Of a stretch of DNA of 20,468 nt, positions 15,109-20,468 are shown piece after piece. Below the pieces are notes generated by a model that saw only the letters and a list, made by a program, of their open reading frames with translations, had not been told where the DNA came from and did no database searches. This DNA is from Isosphaeraceae bacterium (GTDB lineage Bacteria > Planctomycetota > Planctomycetia > Isosphaerales > Isosphaeraceae), in contig JBGSYY010000408.1 in assembly GCA_041750675.1 (NCBI GenBank), positions 1 through 20,468 on the forward strand, given 5' to 3'. Position 1 is the stretch's first letter; each line of letters starts with the position of its first letter. The translations under genes were made by a program, and so were the position numbers.

Positions 15109-15840
15109 TCAGCCCTTCTTTCTACGTTTGCCCTTGGGCTTGGCCGCCAATCTTGTCGGCGACGCTTCCACATGCGGAACTCTCGCCACGACCCCACGCA
15201 AGTCCATCAGAAAACCAAAAACCTGGATCTCCCAATCGCGGGAATGAGGAGGTCTCAGATAACGATCAGCATAAATTCGACCGACCAATTCCGCGAGCGG
15301 CTTCGTCCCGTTCGTGCCAACCATCGTCCGAAACGGATGGCAAGCCGTCCCACGAAGACCAGCCACCGAAGTTTCACCGGCCATGGGAATCCCTCGCGGA
15401 TCATCACGTCTGAGCTGCGCATAGTCCAGGATGTCCGCTCGCAACTCGTTGATGATCACCTCATGATGGGCCGAATCCTCAGACCGGTCCTGACCGTATT
15501 GAGCAAATCCGGATGCGTATCGGTGCGCGCCGCAATCAAAGTGATCAATGATGTAGATATACTTGATCTCATGAAGCGCCACGGCCAGCTCGAGGTGGTC
15601 GTAAAACGCGTTCCGACATGCCGCAAACGCGTCTGAATCGCTCAAACGCGGCCGCTTCAGGCTCACGGACGGACCCGCCGAGACGAACTGGTCATACCGG
15701 TTGGTCAGATTCTCCCCTTCCATGAACGCAACTACATTATCCAGCAGCCTCAAATCCATGCACGTGACCAGCAGCACATTTTTCGAGGCGAGCGGAAGCG
15801 CCCCGGTCGCCTGGTCCAGAATGTCGATTTGCTTGTTCAT
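15109..15840 (-). CDS. beta-class carbonic anhydrase-like protein (Rv1284-like clade) with C-terminal extension
   Basis: The start is set at the ATG at 15840 (MNKQIDILDQ…), with GAGGGA 6 nt upstream. The upstream part of the listed 300-aa ORF is an Arg-rich artefact. It has the beta-CA zinc-ligand motifs CxDxR (LLVTCMDLRLL) and HxxCG (IIDHFDCGA), which resemble the CMDAR / HTDCG motifs of Rv1284-type beta-CAs. A roughly 80-aa Lys-rich C-terminal tail follows. Confidence 0.55.
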   Translation of the reverse strand: MNKQIDILDQATGALPLASKNVLLVTCMDLRLLDNVVAFMEGENLTNRYDQFVSAGPSVSLKRPRLSDSDAFAACRNAFYDHLELAVALHEIKYIYIIDHFDCGAHRYASGFAQYGQDRSEDSAHHEVIINELRADILDYAQLRRDDPRGIPMAGETSVAGLRGTACHPFRTMVGTNGTKPLAELVGRIYADRYLRPPHSRDWEIQVFGFLMDLRGVVARVPHVEASPTRLAAKPKGKRRKKG

Positions 15841-15859
15841 TGTCCCTCGCCTTTCAGCT

Positions 15860-16870
15860 TCACGCCTTGCTCGCCTCAGAAAACGCCGAGTCGAACAAGC
15901 TCGCCGGCGCGTCGAAACCCATCGTTTTCTTGGTGAACGCACACGCCTCCGCCGCGCCGTACTCGCGCTCCATGCCAGGGTCTTCCCACTCAATCGAAAG
16001 CGGCCCGGCATAGCCGATGCTGTTCAACGCCCGGGCAATCCCGTCAAAATCCACCTGCCCACGCCCCGGCGAGCGGAAGTCCCACCCCCGACGTGGGTCG
16101 CCGAAGTTCAAATGACTGCCCAAAATGCCCGTCCGCCCGTTCAGCGTCCGTGCTGCGTCCTTCACGTGGACGTGATACATCCGATCCGGGAAATACCGGA
16201 TAAACTCCACCGGGTCCACCATCTGCCAGAGCAGGTGGCTGGGGTCGTAGTTGAAGCCGAATTCCTTGCGGCCGTCGAGCGCCTTGAGCGCCCGCTCCGC
16301 CGAATAAACGTCAAACGCGATCTCGGTCGGATGCACCTCCAGCCCAAACCGCACGCCTTCCGTCTTGAACACGTCCAGAATCGGATTCCAGCGGTCCGCC
16401 AAATCCTGATACCCCCGATCAATCATCGCGTCGGAAACCGGCGGAAACGAATACAGCAGGTGCCAGATCGAACTGCCCGTGAATCCATTGACAATCTGCA
16501 CTCCCAATTTCGCCGCCGCCCGCGCCGTGTCCATCATCTCCTGCGCGGCCCGCTTCTGAACGCCCTTCGGTTCGCCGTCGCCCCACACGTGATCGGGCAA
16601 GATCACCTTGTGCCGCTCGTCGATCAGATCGCACACCGCCTGCCCCGCCAGATGGTTCGAGATCGCCCAGCACTTCAGGCCATACTTCCCCAGCATCGCC
16701 TTGCGACCTTCGCAATACCCCGGCTCCTTCAGTGCCTGCTGCACATTGAAGTGATCGCCCCAGCACGGCAGCTCGATCCCGTCGTAGCCCCATTCGCTGG
16801 CCTTCTTGCAAAGCGTCTCTAACGTCATGTCGGCCCACTGGCCGGTAAAGAGCGTCACGGGGCGCGCCAC
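15860..16870 (-). CDS. sugar phosphate isomerase/epimerase (xylose isomerase-like TIM barrel) family protein
   Basis: TIM-barrel AP-endonuclease 2/xylose-isomerase-like profile: …[26 protein letters not shown]…[11 protein letters not shown]…GFTGSSIW…FGLEVHPTE…YHVHVKD…IEWED…. The start is set at the GTG at 16870 ([12 protein letters not shown]…), which has a strong GAAGGAGAG SD 8 nt upstream. The longer ORF up to 17257 overlaps the divergent HAD gene. Confidence 0.8.
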   Translation of the reverse strand: MARPVTLFTGQWADMTLETLCKKASEWGYDGIELPCWGDHFNVQQALKEPGYCEGRKAMLGKYGLKCWAISNHLAGQAVCDLIDERHKVILPDHVWGDGEPKGVQKRAAQEMMDTARAAAKLGVQIVNGFTGSSIWHLLYSFPPVSDAMIDRGYQDLADRWNPILDVFKTEGVRFGLEVHPTEIAFDVYSAERALKALDGRKEFGFNYDPSHLLWQMVDPVEFIRYFPDRMYHVHVKDAARTLNGRTGILGSHLNFGDPRRGWDFRSPGRGQVDFDGIARALNSIGYAGPLSIEWEDPGMEREYGAAEACAFTKKTMGFDAPASLFDSAFSEASKA

Positions 16871-17017
16871 GGTCGTCTCTCCTTCAAGGAATTCGCGATT
16901 CAGCGGCCACAAAGCCGGTTTGGCGCGAACATAAGGGGCCGCGCCGGCGAAGTCAACGCCTTGACGCCCGTCGCCGCCATCCCCCATGATCGCCCCGTAC
17001 CTAGGGAGTTGCCCCAC

Positions 17018-17722
17018 ATGTCCGCCCGGTCCAGGATTCAGGCCGTGCTCTTCGACTTCGACGGCGTGCTCGTCGATTCCGAGAACCTCCACGTCGCCGC
17101 CTGGGAACGCACTCTCCACCGCATGGCCTGCGACATCCCACCCGCTCGCTGCGCCGAGGCCGCCGAACGCGACGATCGCCAGTTCCTGGCCGACCTCCTC
17201 GCCGAGCTTGGCATCAATGACGCCAACCTCGACGGCTGGGTCGCCATCAAGCAGCAAATCGCCGCCCCTCTCTTTGCCGACGGAGCCGCCCCCCTCTATC
17301 CCGGCGCTTCGGCCCTCATCGCGGCTCTCAAAAACCGCGGCCTCCGCCTCGCCATCGTCTCGGGCTCCTGGCGCGCCAACATCGAAGCCGCTCTCACCGC
17401 CTCAGGTCTGTCCCACGCCTTCGATCTCATCATCGCCAAGGACGACCTGCCCAACCGTAAACCCGACCCCGCTCCCTATCTCCTGGCCCTCGATCGCCTG
17501 AGTCTCAAACCTGCTCAGGCAATCGCCCTCGAAGACTCACCCAACGGACTCGCCTCCGCTCGCGCCGCCGGTCTCCGCGTCGTCGCTGTCGGCCACCGCC
17601 GAGCCTCCGACGACTGGGTCGGTGACTCCACGTATCTCCCCGGCTTCACTCCAATCGAAGCCGCCCTCGCCGCCCTGGGTGCCGCCCCCCACCCGCCCAG
17701 CACCAAAAGCAACCCAGCATGA
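17018..17722 (+). CDS. HAD-IA family hydrolase (beta-phosphoglucomutase/phosphatase-like)
   Basis: HAD motif I is [14 protein letters not shown], motif II is LAIVSGS, and motifs III/IV are K…[22 protein letters not shown]. The ATG at 17018 is preceded by GGGAG at a spacing of 9 nt. Confidence 0.85.
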   Translation: MSARSRIQAVLFDFDGVLVDSENLHVAAWERTLHRMACDIPPARCAEAAERDDRQFLADLLAELGINDANLDGWVAIKQQIAAPLFADGAAPLYPGASALIAALKNRGLRLAIVSGSWRANIEAALTASGLSHAFDLIIAKDDLPNRKPDPAPYLLALDRLSLKPAQAIALEDSPNGLASARAAGLRVVAVGHRRASDDWVGDSTYLPGFTPIEAALAALGAAPHPPSTKSNPA

Positions 17723-19212
17723 CCCTCAATCACGACTCAACCAACAACGACGCCTACGACATCATCGTCATCGGCTCCGGACCCGCCGGCGAACTCGGCG
17801 CCGTCACCGCCGGCCTGTTCGGCAAGCGCGTCGCCATCATTGAGAAAGCTCCCCATCTCGGCGGCGCATCCGCCAACACCGGCACTCTGCCCAGCAAGAC
17901 TCTCCGCGAAACCGCACTCGCGATCTCCGGCCTTCGCGCCCGCGACCTCTACGGCGTCGATCTCTCGATCCGCCGCGAGGCCACCATCACCGATCTCATG
18001 TACCACGAGCGTCACGTCACCTCCAACGCCCGCGAGCGCATCCGCCGTAACCTCGCCTCCGGTCCCATCGACCTCATCCGCGGCGAAGCGCGATTCGTCG
18101 ACCCCCACTCCATCGCCGTCAAGCCGACCACTTCCGAAGGCGAAACCCCATCATCCGAGCGGCTCCTCCGCGCCGATTACATCCTTATCGCAACCGGCTC
18201 CTCGCCCCTGCGACCCGAAATCTTCCCGTTCGACGACGACCGCGTCCACGACTCCGACCAGATCCTCCAGCTTACTCGCCTTCCCAAGCGCATGATCGTC
18301 ATCGGTGCCGGCGTCATCGGCTGCGAATACGCCTGCACTTTCGCCGCTCTCGGCGTCCAGGTCACGATCGTCGACGGCCGCCGCGAACTGCTCCCCTTCC
18401 TCGACTGCGACATCTCGACCGCCCTCGAATCGGCCATGCGCACCCATCTCGACATCGAATTTCTCTGGGGCCGCTCGGTCGTCCACTGCGTTCCCGGAGC
18501 CAATCCCAGCGACCCCGTCGTCCTCCATCTCGAAGACGGCTCAACCCGCGAGTGCGACGACGTCCTGGTCGCCGCCGGTCGAAAAAGCAACATCGAGGCC
18601 CTCAACCTCCCCGCCGCCGGCATCACCCCAGGTCCGAAGGGAAAGCTCGAGGTCGACGCCCATTACCGCACCAGCGTTCCCCACATCCTCGCCGCCGGCG
18701 ACGTCATCGGCTTCCCCGCGCTTTCGGCCACCAGCATGGAACAGGCCCGAGTCGCCGTCTGCCACGCCTTCGACGAAACCGCATTCAAAAACAACATCGC
18801 TCCGCTCCTGCCGACCGGTATCTACACCATCCCCGAAGTCAGCATGGTCGGCGTCGCCGAGGAAGACCTGGCGGAAAAAGGCATCCGCTCCGTCATCGGC
18901 CGTGCCGATTATTCCCGCAACGCACGTGGCGAGATCGTCGGCGACCGCTTCGGCTTCCTCAAGCTCATCTTCGACCACGACACCATGAAGCTCATCGGCG
19001 TCCATGCCATCGGCGAGCAGGCCACCGAACTCGTCCACATCGGCCTGGTCGCCATGCTCTGCGACGCCGGCGCCGATCTCTTCAACAAAGCCTGTTTCAA
19101 CTACCCCACTCTCGGCGACCTCTACAAGGACGCCACCTACGACGCCCTCGTCCGCCGCGCCCGCATTCAAACCGGCTCCCTGCTCGGTCAGTCACCGGTC
19201 ACCGAACCCTGA
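17719..19212 (+). CDS. sthA: soluble pyridine nucleotide transhydrogenase (class I pyridine nucleotide-disulfide oxidoreductase)
   Basis: 497 aa. There is near-colinear similarity to E. coli SthA/UdhA: the FAD-binding YDIIVIGSGPAG, GTLPSKTLRETA, ARFVDPHSIAV and IYDSDQILQL; the NAD-binding GAGVIGCEYA; and AAGDVIGFPALS, TGIYTIPEVSMVG and NYPTLGDLYKDA. The start overlaps the HAD stop by 4 bp (ATGA). Confidence 0.9.
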   Translation: MTLNHDSTNNDAYDIIVIGSGPAGELGAVTAGLFGKRVAIIEKAPHLGGASANTGTLPSKTLRETALAISGLRARDLYGVDLSIRREATITDLMYHERHVTSNARERIRRNLASGPIDLIRGEARFVDPHSIAVKPTTSEGETPSSERLLRADYILIATGSSPLRPEIFPFDDDRVHDSDQILQLTRLPKRMIVIGAGVIGCEYACTFAALGVQVTIVDGRRELLPFLDCDISTALESAMRTHLDIEFLWGRSVVHCVPGANPSDPVVLHLEDGSTRECDDVLVAAGRKSNIEALNLPAAGITPGPKGKLEVDAHYRTSVPHILAAGDVIGFPALSATSMEQARVAVCHAFDETAFKNNIAPLLPTGIYTIPEVSMVGVAEEDLAEKGIRSVIGRADYSRNARGEIVGDRFGFLKLIFDHDTMKLIGVHAIGEQATELVHIGLVAMLCDAGADLFNKACFNYPTLGDLYKDATYDALVRRARIQTGSLLGQSPVTEP

Positions 19213-19230
19213 TCACCACGATCCCTTCGC

Positions 19231-20193
19231 TCAAACACCCCGACGCCACGCCACATAACGCCGCAACCCCTCATCCAGCCGCGTCCGTGGGTCGTAACCC
19301 AACTCCTCACGCGCTCGGCTGATGTCCGCGTACGTCTGCTTCACGTCCCCCGGCTGCTCCGGAAACCGCTCGATCTTCGGCGTCTTGCCCAGCGCATCGC
19401 CCAGCGTGGCGATCATCTCGTTCAGGGCAACCGGCTGCGAATTCCCCAGATTATACAAATGGTGCCCCGTGCATCGGTCGATCGCCCGCACCACGCCGTC
19501 GACAATGTCGTCGATAAACGTGTAATCACGACGCGTCGACCCATCACCAAACATCGGCACCGGACGATCGTCTTCAATCAACGCCGCAAACTTCGCAATC
19601 GCCAGATCGGGACGATTCCTCGGCCCATACGCCGTGAAAAATCGCAATCCCGTCACCGGCAGCCCATGCAAATGATGAAACGCATGTGCCAATAGCTCGC
19701 ACCCCTTCTTCGTCGCCGCATACGGGCTGACCGGATGATCCACCGCATCCGTCTCGCGAAACGGAACTGTATTCCGGTCGCCATACACGCTCGAACTGGA
19801 CGCATACACAAACCGCGGCCGCCCCTCGATCCGACTCGCCGCTTGCAACAAATTGGTCGTCCCGGTCACGTTCACATCGGCATACAACGCCGGCTGCTCG
19901 ATGCTCGGCCGAACCCCCGCGCGCGCCGCCAGGTGAACCACCGCGTCCGGTCGAATGTCCTCACAGAGACGACCGATCCCCTCCGCGTCGCGAATATCCA
20001 TTTCAACCAGCCGGAACGCCTCATGCCCCGCCGCCGCGCGCAAATTCGCTCGCTTCAAATCCGCCGAGTAAAAATCATCCAGACTATCGACGGCAACCAC
20101 CTCGCGTCCCTCGGCCAGCAGCCGATCGACCAGATTCGATCCAATAAACCCGGCACCGCCGGTGACCAAAATTCGCTGAGGCATGGAGGGCAT
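19231..20193 (-). CDS. NAD-dependent epimerase/dehydratase (extended SDR; UDP-sugar 4-epimerase-like)
   Basis: 320 aa. It has the Rossmann motif ILVTGGAGFIGSNLVDRL, the catalytic SSSSVYG…YAATKKGCE (YxxxK), and a C-terminal substrate-binding domain. It is convergent with sthA. Confidence 0.9.
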   Translation of the reverse strand: MPSMPQRILVTGGAGFIGSNLVDRLLAEGREVVAVDSLDDFYSADLKRANLRAAAGHEAFRLVEMDIRDAEGIGRLCEDIRPDAVVHLAARAGVRPSIEQPALYADVNVTGTTNLLQAASRIEGRPRFVYASSSSVYGDRNTVPFRETDAVDHPVSPYAATKKGCELLAHAFHHLHGLPVTGLRFFTAYGPRNRPDLAIAKFAALIEDDRPVPMFGDGSTRRDYTFIDDIVDGVVRAIDRCTGHHLYNLGNSQPVALNEMIATLGDALGKTPKIERFPEQPGDVKQTYADISRAREELGYDPRTRLDEGLRRYVAWRRGV

Positions 20194-20468
20194 GTCATGT
20201 CATCGTCGGCCAGAGATTTCGTCGATTCCCAGAGCTACAAGTCTAGTTTAGCGAACGCTCCCGTTCGAGACACCACGCGAGCCGGAAACCAGGGGATTGC
20301 CGGTGCCCTGCGAGACGCTACGATGATTCCTGGCGACGTTCATCATCACCCGGCCGAATTCCTTTCTGACGCCCCACCCGAGGGTCCAGAGGCCATGACG
20401 CGACGACAAATGGCCCGCGGCCGCTCCGGCTGGCCCCGCCAATCCAGGCCCGCCGACGGAACCCGTCC

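Noticed and set aside
15841-16011. Upstream 57-aa extension of the beta-CA ORF
   Set aside because: It is an Arg-rich ([11 protein letters not shown]…) sequence overlapping the 3' end of the sugar isomerase gene. The internal ATG at 15840 has a proper SD and begins a sensible N-terminus.
15701-16822. 373-aa ORF (+) overlapping the sugar isomerase gene
   Set aside because: Antisense to a TIM-barrel gene with good motifs. The translation is Arg/Pro/Leu-rich low complexity.
16871-17257. Upstream extension of the sugar phosphate isomerase ORF to 17257
   Set aside because: The extension is Gly/Asp/Val-rich and overlaps the divergent HAD gene and its RBS. A GTG at 16870 with a strong GAAGGAGAG SD sits exactly where homologous N-termini begin.
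17840-19322. Ser/Pro/Thr-rich and Arg-rich ORFs (+ alternate frames and - strand) across sthA
   Set aside because: Low-complexity shadow ORFs. The sthA frame aligns essentially end-to-end with E. coli SthA from memory.

Overview
This is a high-GC bacterial chromosomal segment, possibly Planctomycetota-like, though that is an inference from composition and gene content only. The + strand opens with the 3' end of an rRNA operon: a 5S rRNA followed by a textbook intrinsic terminator. Three things follow on the - strand: lon (Lon protease), then a dense array of 19 tandem tRNA or tRNA-like genes between 1883 and 3880, then a slipin/SPFH gene. The array has 19 different anticodons, many for CNN isoacceptors, and several members are non-canonical. 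It is the most striking feature of the window. The other genes look like housekeeping. They are a signal-peptide hydrolase (neutral-ceramidase-like); a SulP/STAS anion transporter carrying an unusual C-terminal PII-like domain; OsmC, FolC and a DUF423 membrane protein; an Rv1284-like beta-carbonic anhydrase; a xylose-isomerase-like TIM-barrel enzyme, a HAD hydrolase, SthA transhydrogenase and an NAD-dependent epimerase. A 1.3-kb gene-poor stretch (8480-9818) holds a small cluster of 29-bp palindromic repeats that closely match the type I-E CRISPR repeat consensus. No cas genes are present. One extra degenerate copy lies at 14866 inside a small element flanked by terminal inverted repeats (TIRs). 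Many long ORFs in the six-frame track are opposite-strand or alternate-frame artefacts of the high GC content and were not called.
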